Assembly (NCBI GenBank): GCA_964565685.1
Contig: CAZMFR010000006.1
Location: 1-60,961 of the forward strand
Direction of reading: 5' to 3'
DNA: 60,961 nucleotides
Source of the DNA: an uncultured Candidatus Saccharibacteria bacterium
GTDB taxonomy: Bacteria; Patescibacteriota; Minisyncoccia; Phycocordibacterales; PALSA-1337
The notes under the pieces were generated by a model. The model searched no databases. It had not been told where the DNA came from and saw only the letters and a program-made list of their open reading frames with translations. This document shows, in pieces, positions 29,157 through 38,727 of the stretch. Positions within the stretch are counted from its first letter, which is position 1. Every line of letters starts with the position of its first letter. Position numbers and translations under genes: made by a program.

Positions 29157-29873
29157 TTACTGCTGTACCTGACCTCCGCGCATTGGACCTCCTGGATTCA
29201 CTCCTCCTGGAACTGGAAAATTGCCGCCGCGGTCCTGCGATTGATCGCCTTGGCCTTGCATAGGATACATCCTGCCTGGTGTGGTTGAACCCATCCTACC
29301 ATCATATCCTCTCGTACTGGAAGCATTCCATATACGTGTCGTTGTACCCGTCCTGCCAATCCATGAACCAGTCGAAGTAGCAAAACCGGAACCTTTTGGA
29401 CCACCCCGGCCACCTAGACCGCCCTGAACGCTTGGACCGCCGTTCATGAACATCCCATCAATTATAGTCGTGGCTGTAATAGTATCGTCACTGTTAATAG
29501 TTCCCTCTACCACAACATGGTCTCCGACAGAAATATCAGATATAGTTGCGGTCGTCGTAGCAGAACCATTCATTACGGCAGAACCTTTGATGATCTTTGC
29601 ATTCGAAGCATCGACGCTATAAGTAGTGGTTGCCGTAGAAGTGCCCTCTCGACCATCAATTGTTAAGGTCGTGCCGTTGATCGTTTCAACAAGACCAAAG
29701 ACACCGTCTTTGAATATAGCCATATCGCCGCGCATAGCAGTCGTCGATGATTCCCAAGCAGAATTCGGCTGTTGGTGCATCATAGGCGGCGTAGTCGAAG
29801 CATGGCCGCCTCCAAACATACCAGTAAAAAAAGCTCCAAATCCAGTAAAAATCGAAGCGAATATATTAGACAT
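29157..29873 (-). CDS. Secreted protein with DUF5666-like beta domain and Gly-rich tail
   Basis: G.V..INGTTLTI...YSVDAS...ISVGDHVVVEG pattern. Confidence 0.65.
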   Translation of the reverse strand: MSNIFASIFTGFGAFFTGMFGGGHASTTPPMMHQQPNSAWESSTTAMRGDMAIFKDGVFGLVETINGTTLTIDGREGTSTATTTYSVDASNAKIIKGSAVMNGSATTTATISDISVGDHVVVEGTINSDDTITATTIIDGMFMNGGPSVQGGLGGRGGPKGSGFATSTGSWIGRTGTTTRIWNASSTRGYDGRMGSTTPGRMYPMQGQGDQSQDRGGNFPVPGGVNPGGPMRGGQVQQ

Positions 29874-29981
29874 ATTTTTATTTTTTAATATTAAAAGCCA
29901 ATGCGGCTTTGTGCGATTATACTACGTTTTTAATGGTAAAGCGGGTGCAATGGCGCATAAACGAACCTATTTTCCCCGATA

Positions 29982-31451
29982 TCACTCAACAAAAGTCAAT
30001 GCTTTGCCTTTTTTGCCTGCACGTCCAGTACGACCGATACGATGAATATAGTCTTCATAGGTCGAAGGTAGATCATAATTGATGACATGGCTTATATCCG
30101 AGACGTCTATACCGCGAGCGGCGACATCGGTAGCGACGAGAACCTGCAGATGGTTGCTCTTAAATAGATCGAGAGCCCTTTGACGCTTGCCCTGGTTTTT
30201 GTTGCCATGGATAGATTCTGACTTGAAGCCGCGTTTGACGAGATCGTCCTTGAGCCGTTCGACGCCATGCTTTGTCCTGCCAAATATGAGCACGCGAGTG
30301 AAATCGCTCTGCTTCAGAAGCTCGTCTAGGACGTCAAGCTTGTTGCGTGCACCGACGCGAATTATATCCTGGTTTATGCTCTTTGCCGTGTCGCCAGTTT
30401 TCACCGAGATCGAGACTGGATCTCGTAGAAAGTCCTTTATCAGCACTTCTACGTCACGCGACATCGTGGCCGAGAAAAATAGCGTCTGTCTCACTGATGG
30501 CATCTTTGCCATCATAAAACGCATATCATGGATGAATCCCATGTCGAGCATGCGGTCTGCTTCATCCAGCACGACCGTCTTGAATTCAGCCAAATTGAGA
30601 CATTTTCTCTCGACGAGATCCTTTAGTCTGCCTGGTGTGCCGATGACAAAATTGTTGATCCTGCGCAGATTGCTGATTTGTCTCGAAATCGGCGCACCAC
30701 CGACGCAACAGACCGAAAATATCGATAGCATTAGGGCGAATTCGCGCAGTTCATCGTCGATTTGGGTAGCGAGCTCGCGCGTAGGCACCATGATCAGGAT
30801 CTTTTCCTTGTTATTCTTTAAAACTTTGTCGATGAGAGGAATGAGAAAAGCGGCCGTCTTGCCGGTACCGGTATTAGCGACGCCGACGACGTCTTGACCA
30901 GCTAGAACATGCGGAATGGCCCGATCCTGAATAGGCGTCGGGTCTGTATAGCCCTTCTTTAGTATGTTTGCCTTTAGTCTTTCTTCGACTTTGAAATCGA
31001 GGAAAGAATGCTCTGGTTTGAAATTCGGCACTTGCTCTGTGATAACGGCTTTGTTGACGAACTTGGACAAATCCATGAATTGCTTCACAGCCCTTCCTCT
31101 TTGTCCGCCTCTGCCGCCTGATTGACCGCCGCGCCCGCCGCCGCTTCGTCCAGAGTAAGTCGAAGCACGATAGCCGCCGGATGACGGGCGATATTGGTAA
31201 CCGCCAGTTGTCGAGCGAGATGAATACCCGCCCGTTGTAGGACGAGCATGATAACCGCCTACCGTTGGTCTGGCTTGATATTGGCTTCCACGACGATCTT
31301 GATGCAGGGCAGAATGATAAGGTTTTTTGTTTTGAACGTACGGCGGCTTTGCGTCGCTTTTTTGGATAGATTTGACTGCTGGCGCTTTCTTGGTCTCCGT
31401 AGATTTTGAAGCAGAAGCGGCAAAGACAGGTCTTGGATTGTTTTGTTGCAT
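29982..31451 (-). CDS. DEAD-box RNA helicase
   Basis: PTPIQ, ANTGTGKT, PTRELA, DEAD, SAT, ARGID, HRIGRTGRAG. Confidence 0.95.
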   Translation of the reverse strand: MQQNNPRPVFAASASKSTETKKAPAVKSIQKSDAKPPYVQNKKPYHSALHQDRRGSQYQARPTVGGYHARPTTGGYSSRSTTGGYQYRPSSGGYRASTYSGRSGGGRGGQSGGRGGQRGRAVKQFMDLSKFVNKAVITEQVPNFKPEHSFLDFKVEERLKANILKKGYTDPTPIQDRAIPHVLAGQDVVGVANTGTGKTAAFLIPLIDKVLKNNKEKILIMVPTRELATQIDDELREFALMLSIFSVCCVGGAPISRQISNLRRINNFVIGTPGRLKDLVERKCLNLAEFKTVVLDEADRMLDMGFIHDMRFMMAKMPSVRQTLFFSATMSRDVEVLIKDFLRDPVSISVKTGDTAKSINQDIIRVGARNKLDVLDELLKQSDFTRVLIFGRTKHGVERLKDDLVKRGFKSESIHGNKNQGKRQRALDLFKSNHLQVLVATDVAARGIDVSDISHVINYDLPSTYEDYIHRIGRTGRAGKKGKALTFVE

Positions 31452-31561
31452 ATATTGGATAACCTCCAGCATTAAAATAATGTCGCCGGTCAGTCTCGAG
31501 AGGTTTATCTTTTTATTACAGCACAAACCAAAGAGAAATCAGTTATACGCTGATAGTATAC

Positions 31562-32896
31562 TTAAATGGATGTTTTGTCAAGAGAATCGTATTTTTCCGC
31601 CAAGTTTTGAGAAACGACGCTCGTTCCAGCGACGTACCCTGTCGTCCAACACAATTGCAGGGAATAGCCGCCTGATGGACGGTTGATATGGAGGAGGTCG
31701 CCTGTGACATATAGATTATCGATCAATTTTGACTTCATCGACTTCATATCTATCTCCTCCAAGGAAACTCCTCCGTCTGAAACGACAGCTCTATCCTCGC
31801 CCATCAGACCAATGATGGTCAACGGCAATGATTTGAGGAGGCGCACGAGCGTTTTTCGTTCGATGACCGTGACGCTATGCACTTTCTTTTCCAGTATGAC
31901 TTTTTCTTTCGTTTCGATGTTTATTTGACCGCCAAAGACAAGCTCGATGCCCTTGCCCATACCGGCTGGGACTATATCGCCGAGGACATTCTTTAGCATC
32001 TTATTTTTATTCTGATCGAAGACGCCTATGACCCTTCTTTCAAGGGCGCCTTGATCCTCGCCCGGAAACAGATCGATCGTCGCGGTGACTATCCCGGAAC
32101 GCAACAAGTCCGATACTTTCTGAGCGCTGTTTAGGATAAGAGGACCGGACAGGCCGAAATGAGTGAAAAGCAACCTTCCTTTTTTTGAAAAGGCCTTTAC
32201 GCCGTCGGTGAAAAACGTGATCTTCATTTCTTCTACGGCAATGCCCGCGAGCTTCTTGACCCATTGATCCCTTACCGAAAGCGGGACAATCGAAGGAGTC
32301 GGATCGATGACGCTGTGACCGGCTTTTTTGAGCCAACCGAATCCGTCGCCGGTAGAACCGGTTTCCCGATGCGATGCGCCGCCTGTCGCTAATATGAAGC
32401 TCTTTGCGAAATAATCCTTGCCGCCGCATTTGACCGAGACGATGCGGCCATTGTCGAAATAGACATTCGTCACAGGCGAGCCGGCTTTGACCGCGACATT
32501 CCCCGTTTTTATATATTTTTCAAGGACAGCATATACGTCGGGTGCTTTCTGTGTCTTTGGAAAAGCGCGCTTGCGTTCTTCCACGACTAACGGCAAACCT
32601 CTGGATTCAAAGAATAAAAAAGTGTCTTTGACGCCGAATTGAGCAAATGTCGAAAAGAGGAATTTTCCCGAATCGCCATAATGTTTGAACAGCTCGTGTA
32701 TATCATATTCGGCATTGGTGATGTTGCAACGCCCGCCGCCTGTTATCTTTAGCTTCTCGCCCATCTTCTTGTTCTTTTCGATGATTAAAATGCGCGCCGC
32801 GCGTCCGGCCTCTTGCGCCGCTTCAGCCGCGCGACCTGCAGCCATAAGACCGGATGCCCCGCCGCCTATCACGATGACGTCATATTGTTCGTTCAT
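31562..32896 (-). CDS. HI0933/BaiN-family flavoprotein
   Basis: GGGASG, KLKITGGGRCNITN, LFTHFGLSGP, TGDLL...GGYSLQ. Confidence 0.92.
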   Translation of the reverse strand: MNEQYDVIVIGGGASGLMAAGRAAEAAQEAGRAARILIIEKNKKMGEKLKITGGGRCNITNAEYDIHELFKHYGDSGKFLFSTFAQFGVKDTFLFFESRGLPLVVEERKRAFPKTQKAPDVYAVLEKYIKTGNVAVKAGSPVTNVYFDNGRIVSVKCGGKDYFAKSFILATGGASHRETGSTGDGFGWLKKAGHSVIDPTPSIVPLSVRDQWVKKLAGIAVEEMKITFFTDGVKAFSKKGRLLFTHFGLSGPLILNSAQKVSDLLRSGIVTATIDLFPGEDQGALERRVIGVFDQNKNKMLKNVLGDIVPAGMGKGIELVFGGQINIETKEKVILEKKVHSVTVIERKTLVRLLKSLPLTIIGLMGEDRAVVSDGGVSLEEIDMKSMKSKLIDNLYVTGDLLHINRPSGGYSLQLCWTTGYVAGTSVVSQNLAEKYDSLDKTSI

Positions 32897-32906
32897 GCGG
32901 ATTACT

Positions 32907-33353
32907 TTAGCACTTTTTCAAGTTCTCGGAAGGATAGTATTTTCTACCAGTCTTGTAGGAATCAAATGCCAGCTTGCAGAATTCAAAAGTCGGTCCTTTC
33001 GGCAGATCGTCGATCCCATACCATTTCCATTCTTCTGCCTTATTTGGCTCTAAAGTCTGAGGTTCACCGTCTGACCAATCCGCCACCAGTCCTATGTGGA
33101 CATAATGCTTTGGAGCGTACTTTGTGACATTCGTAAGATACAAAAATCTGATATTTTTTATTTCTATTCCGCACTCTTCCCTCGTTTCCCTTGTCGCGCA
33201 ATCTTCAAAAGATTCCATGAGCTCCAAATGTCCTCCAGGAAACCCGTACTCGCCCGCTCCATGAGAGCCCTTGCGCTTCGCCATCAATACTTTCCCGTCT
33301 TTAAATATCATCACCCCCACACCGACTTTTGGCCTGTTTTCTGAATTATTCAT
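32907..33353 (-). CDS. NUDIX hydrolase
   Basis: GGHLELMESFEDCATRETREECG Nudix box. Confidence 0.92.
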   Translation of the reverse strand: MNNSENRPKVGVGVMIFKDGKVLMAKRKGSHGAGEYGFPGGHLELMESFEDCATRETREECGIEIKNIRFLYLTNVTKYAPKHYVHIGLVADWSDGEPQTLEPNKAEEWKWYGIDDLPKGPTFEFCKLAFDSYKTGRKYYPSENLKKC

Positions 33354-33435
33354 GGTCGTATTATATCAAACTTATATGCTGGCCGTGTGGGACAGTATTC
33401 GAACAGAGTTAAGCCGTTAAAGGCCGATTATGGAA

Positions 33436-34653
33436 CTATTCTCTGCTCTCAACAATGAAGCTTGCTCTTTTATAGAGCTCGTCAAATGTAATGATGTCTA
33501 TACCATGAATTGACTTACGAAAACGTTGGAAGGTCTCACGTTTACTTCTTTCAGTAGAAATTTCACTCAATAAGCCAATAACGATAATCCCCTTGGGTTG
33601 GACAGTGTAAATATCGTTATTTTCTAATCTATCTCGATTATCGGGTTGTTCAGAACCCTGTTTTTCCCATGTCTGAATATTTGCTCCAATTTGTGATAAT
33701 GCATCTGTTAGCTCCTTAGACAAACTCCATGCACCGTTCCTGATTTCACTATTACCTTGAAGTAAATGTGTTGACGGTCTTTTGATCTCGACAAGTACAG
33801 TAAAGTTTATATCTCCAACAGTAGAGGTTAAAAAATCTCCTCTTTGTCCACCCTGTCCATCAACATGCTGACCGCCGTAGTTTGGCTGAGATTGTTCTTG
33901 CTTCAAGATTTGATAATTTAAACCATATCCAAATATCCACTTATTTTTCTCAAAAAAGTCTTGCCACCAACCTTCATCATTCGATTGACTAGAAATTGCA
34001 GTATTGAATTCAGAAAGTTTCTCACGTCGTTTAAGAACCATATTCAGGTCTTCCTTAGAAAATTGTAGGTCTGGTATTGATGTTGAAAGACTTTTTATAA
34101 TATTCACTACACTTCCTGCATATCGTCCACGCAGTTCAGAAATAATATCTGCTTCATTTTTCGGCACTAGAGCGACAGGTTCTTGTAAAGGAAGTTCTCT
34201 TAAAAGTTCAGTAATAACATTCTGTTTCCTCGCATCAGGCCATTTTCTAATTGCATCTAGAACGTTTTTCTCATTACTATGTATTTTCACAAGATTATCT
34301 TTTTGATCATCAGTAAGTGTAATATTTTCTAATGATATATTTTGTCCGAGAAATGCTTTTAACCTCCCTCCGGTTTTACGTCCTATAGTTATACAGAACT
34401 TTTGATAATCGTCCATATTAATCAGAAAGCCACCATCCACTTTTAAGAAAGGTCTAATGTTCGAGTTGAGTGTAAAATATAGTTTAACTTCTGGGTTTTC
34501 CTGTAGAAAAGGAACTATATTTTGACGATAAAATGGGAAGTCTCTTCGTTTTGTTTTATGATTGAAATAAGTCTGAAAATTGTCTCGTTTATCAAGATAT
34601 AGACTTAATGCTCCGTATGATTCTGAACTGAAATTGTCGGAATTAAATTCCAT
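33436..34653 (-). CDS. sduA: Shedu-type (DUF4263) PD-(D/E)XK nuclease with uncharacterised N-terminal domain
   Basis: FFEKNKWIFG, GDFL...LVEIKRP, ALSQ, KGIIVIG, IITFDELY. Confidence 0.8.
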   Translation of the reverse strand: MEFNSDNFSSESYGALSLYLDKRDNFQTYFNHKTKRRDFPFYRQNIVPFLQENPEVKLYFTLNSNIRPFLKVDGGFLINMDDYQKFCITIGRKTGGRLKAFLGQNISLENITLTDDQKDNLVKIHSNEKNVLDAIRKWPDARKQNVITELLRELPLQEPVALVPKNEADIISELRGRYAGSVVNIIKSLSTSIPDLQFSKEDLNMVLKRREKLSEFNTAISSQSNDEGWWQDFFEKNKWIFGYGLNYQILKQEQSQPNYGGQHVDGQGGQRGDFLTSTVGDINFTVLVEIKRPSTHLLQGNSEIRNGAWSLSKELTDALSQIGANIQTWEKQGSEQPDNRDRLENNDIYTVQPKGIIVIGLLSEISTERSKRETFQRFRKSIHGIDIITFDELYKRASFIVESRE

Positions 34654-34732
34654 AGTAGATAGAAAATAATCTACCATATTTTTGAATATTTTTCAACCTG
34701 ATCCTTGACTAGAATGAATTTAATGAATTTTC

Positions 34733-35509
34733 TTATTTTTTATAAGAATCTACCCGTTTATTTGCTAAATCAACATATTTCTTTTCCTTTTCAATTCCAA
34801 TCCAATTACGGCCTAGAGCTTTTGCAACAACTGCAGTCGTTCCGCTACCTAAAAATGGATCGAGGATTAAATTGCCCTTTTTGCTAGATGCTAATACAAC
34901 TTGCTGTATAAGTTTAAGAGGTTTTTGGGTGGGGTGTAATTTTATTCCATCCGCACCTCTTAATCGCTCATTTCCTCGACAAATAGAAAAATTCCAATCG
35001 GTATCTTTCATTTGTTTTCCACCATTCATCTTTTTTAAAAGTTTGTAATTAAATGTATATCCTTTCGCGGTTTTATTTTTTACAGCCCATATTAAAGTCT
35101 CGTGATTATTAGTCAGTCTCCTGCAGTTTAAATTCGGTAGTGCGCCAATCTTTACCCAGATGACATCATTCAAAAACCATAAACCTAAATCTTGCATTAT
35201 TTTTCCAACACGAAAAATATTATGATACATTCCAATAACCCAAATTGTTCCTGTTGATTTCAAAACTCTTTGACATTCTCTTAACCAATTCTCGGTGAAT
35301 TTATCGCATTCTTCATAACTTTCAAATTTATCCCAATCGTTATCAACCGGTATTACTTCTGAACCATCTGCTCGTTTCAATCTTTTCCCTTTTGGTAATT
35401 GTAAATAATACGGCGGATCTGCAAAAATCAAGTCAAAAGTATTGTCGGGAAATGTCTTTAATATTTCCAAACAGTCGCCATGAAAAATTTTATTAACGTC
35501 TTTAAGCAT
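34733..35509 (-). CDS. Beta-class amino DNA methyltransferase (M.HinfI/CcrM/DpnA-like)
   Basis: LIFADPPY precedes HPTQKP...ILDPFLGSGTT. Confidence 0.92.
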   Translation of the reverse strand: MLKDVNKIFHGDCLEILKTFPDNTFDLIFADPPYYLQLPKGKRLKRADGSEVIPVDNDWDKFESYEECDKFTENWLRECQRVLKSTGTIWVIGMYHNIFRVGKIMQDLGLWFLNDVIWVKIGALPNLNCRRLTNNHETLIWAVKNKTAKGYTFNYKLLKKMNGGKQMKDTDWNFSICRGNERLRGADGIKLHPTQKPLKLIQQVVLASSKKGNLILDPFLGSGTTAVVAKALGRNWIGIEKEKKYVDLANKRVDSYKK

Positions 35510-36630
35510 CAGTAATTCTTTACAATTAAATGTTCGACATCTCGATCATTCCTACCCTTTACGTTGTATAAATAAGTCTTATCAAAGCTAGAAATTGATA
35601 TTTTTGGCTTATTCTTGTACAAATTCAAAATAAAAGGTGTGTTTTTAATAATTAAAATAAACTTTGCTTTTGTGTGATATAGATTCTGAGCTAACCTTTC
35701 TTGATCTTGTTTATCAAAAGACGCTTTTTCGTAATCACTAAAATCAGTATCGTATGGAGGATCAAGAAACATAAAGTCCTTGTCCGTAAAACCATTTTTT
35801 CTGAATATTTCTCCAAAATCTTTATCCTCAATTTTTGCGCCATTAAATAATCGCTCAACTTCATCACTAAAAATATAATCAACTTTACCCCTAAAGTCCT
35901 TTGCGTTATAAGCTATACCGCCATATGGGATGTTAAAGTGTCCGTCTGCGTTAAAACGAAACATTGAAGCATAACAAAACTCTCGAATAAAATAATAATT
36001 CGCTATTTTTTTGGCTAACGATGTCTTATATTTATTTCCATTGAAATTCATCACATCCCTAAAGTGCATATAGAAGCCGCTTCGAAATGCTGTTTCGATA
36101 TTTTTTATCAGATCGCCATCGCCAATTTTTCCTCGTTCTTTTTCAATCTTTTTTACTCTGCCAAGTTTTGAAGTAAGATTTGATATGATTTGTCTCAATA
36201 AATTTTTATCATCTAGACAAAAATCATTATTAAATAGGCCATTAAATCTCTTTTCCTCTGACTCTAAATATTTATTTACTGATTTTTCAAGATCTTCTAT
36301 AGATATTTTATCATCCTTAAAATCAACATATAATTTTATTATCTTGTTTTCAAAAATATCAATATATTTTGGTATTTTTTCCCAATTATCGACATAGTCA
36401 TATAAAGCTTTTTTAAATTCTTTTTTATCTTCTTGGCCTTTTACAAATTTATAAAAATACGTCAGTTCTTCACACACGTCATTTATGATGGCTTTGCGTG
36501 GTTTTAGTTGGAAAAAGACAGCTCCACCGCCAAAGAACGGTTCGATATAGCGATCATATTGGGGGATAATATCTTTAATGTATTCAAACTCTCTTGATTT
36601 ACCCCCCGGCCATTTGATAAGTGGTTGCAT
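35509..36630 (-). CDS. Alpha-class (Dam/D12-like) DNA adenine methyltransferase
   Basis: KWPGGK, YIEPFFGGGAVFF, FRFNADG.FNIPYG, FLDPPY; stop overlaps the next start. Confidence 0.92.
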   Translation of the reverse strand: MQPLIKWPGGKSREFEYIKDIIPQYDRYIEPFFGGGAVFFQLKPRKAIINDVCEELTYFYKFVKGQEDKKEFKKALYDYVDNWEKIPKYIDIFENKIIKLYVDFKDDKISIEDLEKSVNKYLESEEKRFNGLFNNDFCLDDKNLLRQIISNLTSKLGRVKKIEKERGKIGDGDLIKNIETAFRSGFYMHFRDVMNFNGNKYKTSLAKKIANYYFIREFCYASMFRFNADGHFNIPYGGIAYNAKDFRGKVDYIFSDEVERLFNGAKIEDKDFGEIFRKNGFTDKDFMFLDPPYDTDFSDYEKASFDKQDQERLAQNLYHTKAKFILIIKNTPFILNLYKNKPKISISSFDKTYLYNVKGRNDRDVEHLIVKNY

Positions 36631-36635
36631 AATAA

Positions 36636-37454
36636 TTATCCTAAATAAGTTTTCCTTATTGAATCTAACGAAGCTTTAATAAGGCCGGCTTTTTCTTTAT
36701 ACGCTTCAAGCACAATGTTATATCCATCTTTCGATTTACAGACAAAATCCCAGAAATCTTTTCCGATCAAAAGTTCATCATCAGCAAAAAACTGACGTAC
36801 TCTTTCTTGTCGCCACGGCTTACCCTCACCAAAACGATTATAAGCAGTCGCAAAAAATATTTTAATACCAGCGTCCTTTGCCTGTGTATTTGATAAAATA
36901 GCGAATTGTTCCAATAAAGCTTCTTTTTCTGATCGCGCTTTTTTGTTATCAAGATCACCGCCTATTTTTAACTCAATCAAAGATTCTTCGCTTGTTTCTT
37001 TGTCGATTAAATAATAATCGCTATCATGCCTTTTTGTAACGAGTGATTTTTCTGCTGGTTTGATTCTCAAAAATTGATAGTCTTTTATCGTAGGTGGAGT
37101 AATTTCTCTGCGCTTGTATTTTTCTAATAATTCCGCAATATCTTGAGTTTGTTTTAAGCTAAGAGGCCCTTCAACATTTTGTTTAACTTCATACGATAAT
37201 TTGGCAATATTTATTGCCATTTTTTCTAGCATATTACCCAAAGAACTATCAAGTGAACGGACAAGAGCTGTGTAGTATTGTATTTCCGGTCCAAGAACAG
37301 CAATAAAGACATTGTGTATCTTCATATTCAAAGTGCCTTCAGGATCATCCAATTCACCTTCGTGCCTGCCCTGAAAACCGACTGCAAAAGATTCAACGGA
37401 GGCATGGACGATTGATCTTATTGCTTCTTTCTTTTCTAAAGTATTTTGAGACAT
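36636..37454 (-). CDS. TdeIII-family type II restriction endonuclease
   Basis: SLDSSLGNMLE and IELKIGGDLDNKKARSEK motifs recalled from this family; adjacent to two MTases. Confidence 0.75.
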   Translation of the reverse strand: MSQNTLEKKEAIRSIVHASVESFAVGFQGRHEGELDDPEGTLNMKIHNVFIAVLGPEIQYYTALVRSLDSSLGNMLEKMAINIAKLSYEVKQNVEGPLSLKQTQDIAELLEKYKRREITPPTIKDYQFLRIKPAEKSLVTKRHDSDYYLIDKETSEESLIELKIGGDLDNKKARSEKEALLEQFAILSNTQAKDAGIKIFFATAYNRFGEGKPWRQERVRQFFADDELLIGKDFWDFVCKSKDGYNIVLEAYKEKAGLIKASLDSIRKTYLG

Positions 37455-37538
37455 GATAAGTAGTTACCTTGTGTTAAATAATAATTTTCTAAATTATACC
37501 ACCCTTACAATAAAATAGGTATTTTTAGGTGGGTCATT

Positions 37539-37761
37539 CGCGCCAAGAGGTGCGCGGTCGCGGGGGTTGTTTTACGTCCGCTTCATACCACCATACTCTT
37601 TGCGCCTGCGTTATCGGCATGGCGGACGCGCCTCGGTATTGCGAAGCAATTACGAGATAGCGCGGTAGCCATGCGGATATAAGCAAAGGCGCACTACAAG
37701 CTGTTATTGAAGCGGACATACGCTCTGGAGTATGTTCCGCGACCGCGTACTGCTTGGCGCG
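37539..37761. other. Nested rod-like inverted-repeat structure, candidate single-strand origin (sso)
   Basis: Five nested complementary pairs plus a terminal ATTGC-gaa-GCAAT hairpin; GC-rich within AT-rich DNA. Confidence 0.65.
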
Positions 37762-37808
37762 GTGTTGACTCGTTATACATTTTAAAAGTGTAATGATAAA
37801 ATTGTCCT

Positions 37809-38450
37809 ATGAGCCTAAGAGAAGACACAATCAAGTTTTTGGAGATGATCTGCGCCGAGCTAATACCTCGAGAAATTTGTGACGAAGAATTTCAAGAAGT
37901 CACTCTTACTGAAGATGATTTCAAAAAAGAGGGATTCTCCTTGAACTCGGCTATCTCACTGATAAAGGATATCTTTGTTGCGGGTTATATTAAAAATTTT
38001 AATTCTACTTCTAAAGATAACGTCAATACTGTACTATTATCCGTCTCATCTGATATTGAATTCTACACAAAACGGCTGAAATACCCGGAGTTGAAATACC
38101 CAGATATTGAATATGATGAATTCTTAGATCCTATTCTAACCACACCAACAAAAACGAGCATAAAGATCAATTCTAGCAGGGGTATATTTAGAGAAGATAA
38201 TCCAGAATTATGCTATCCACTTAAAATGTCTGCAAGCAGAATGAAAATAGTTCTTTGTCTTCTTAACAAAGACAGAGTTTCACTTTCAGAATTGGGAAAA
38301 AAGACCAAGCAGGCACATGGACTTATCTCAAAAGAAATTCGAGAAATCAATTCTAATTTTAGAAAAAAAGTTATTGATGATGACCTCATTACTCGATTGC
38401 CTACCAATGTATATTCTATCAATAGAGACAAGTTTGACGTAAAAACCTGA
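37809..38450 (+). CDS. Hypothetical protein with probable C-terminal winged HTH
   Basis: IVLCLL...VSLSELGKKT...ISKEIREIN...LIT...YSIN pattern. Confidence 0.65.
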   Translation: MSLREDTIKFLEMICAELIPREICDEEFQEVTLTEDDFKKEGFSLNSAISLIKDIFVAGYIKNFNSTSKDNVNTVLLSVSSDIEFYTKRLKYPELKYPDIEYDEFLDPILTTPTKTSIKINSSRGIFREDNPELCYPLKMSASRMKIVLCLLNKDRVSLSELGKKTKQAHGLISKEIREINSNFRKKVIDDDLITRLPTNVYSINRDKFDVKT

Positions 38451-38559
38451 AGAAAACTTTAAGTAGTTGTTATAAACCTCACTTAAAAGGCCTCTGATAT
38501 GGCCTTTTTTATGTTGGGGTCAACTAGAGGTTACTTGCCGATGATGCCAAGATATTTGT

Positions 38560-38727
38560 ATGCAATCGTTCGATAAATTATTGATCATGCGCATACAAGC
38601 ATATTTCAAAAAGAAATACAGGTTGAGTATTTCTGATGAAACTGCAAACGAGTACCTAGATTCTCTGGGTGGCGTCTTTGCTGTGTTTGCCGAGAGCGGG
38701 GTCGTCGAGGCGGTGCCGCGGGCTTAA
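38560..38727 (+). CDS. Small (55 aa) protein upstream of rep, below the ORF-track cutoff
   Basis: MQSFDKLLIMRIQAYFKKKYRLSISDETANEYLDSLGGVFAVFAESGVVEAVPRA, translated by hand. Confidence 0.5.
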   Translation: MQSFDKLLIMRIQAYFKKKYRLSISDETANEYLDSLGGVFAVFAESGVVEAVPRA

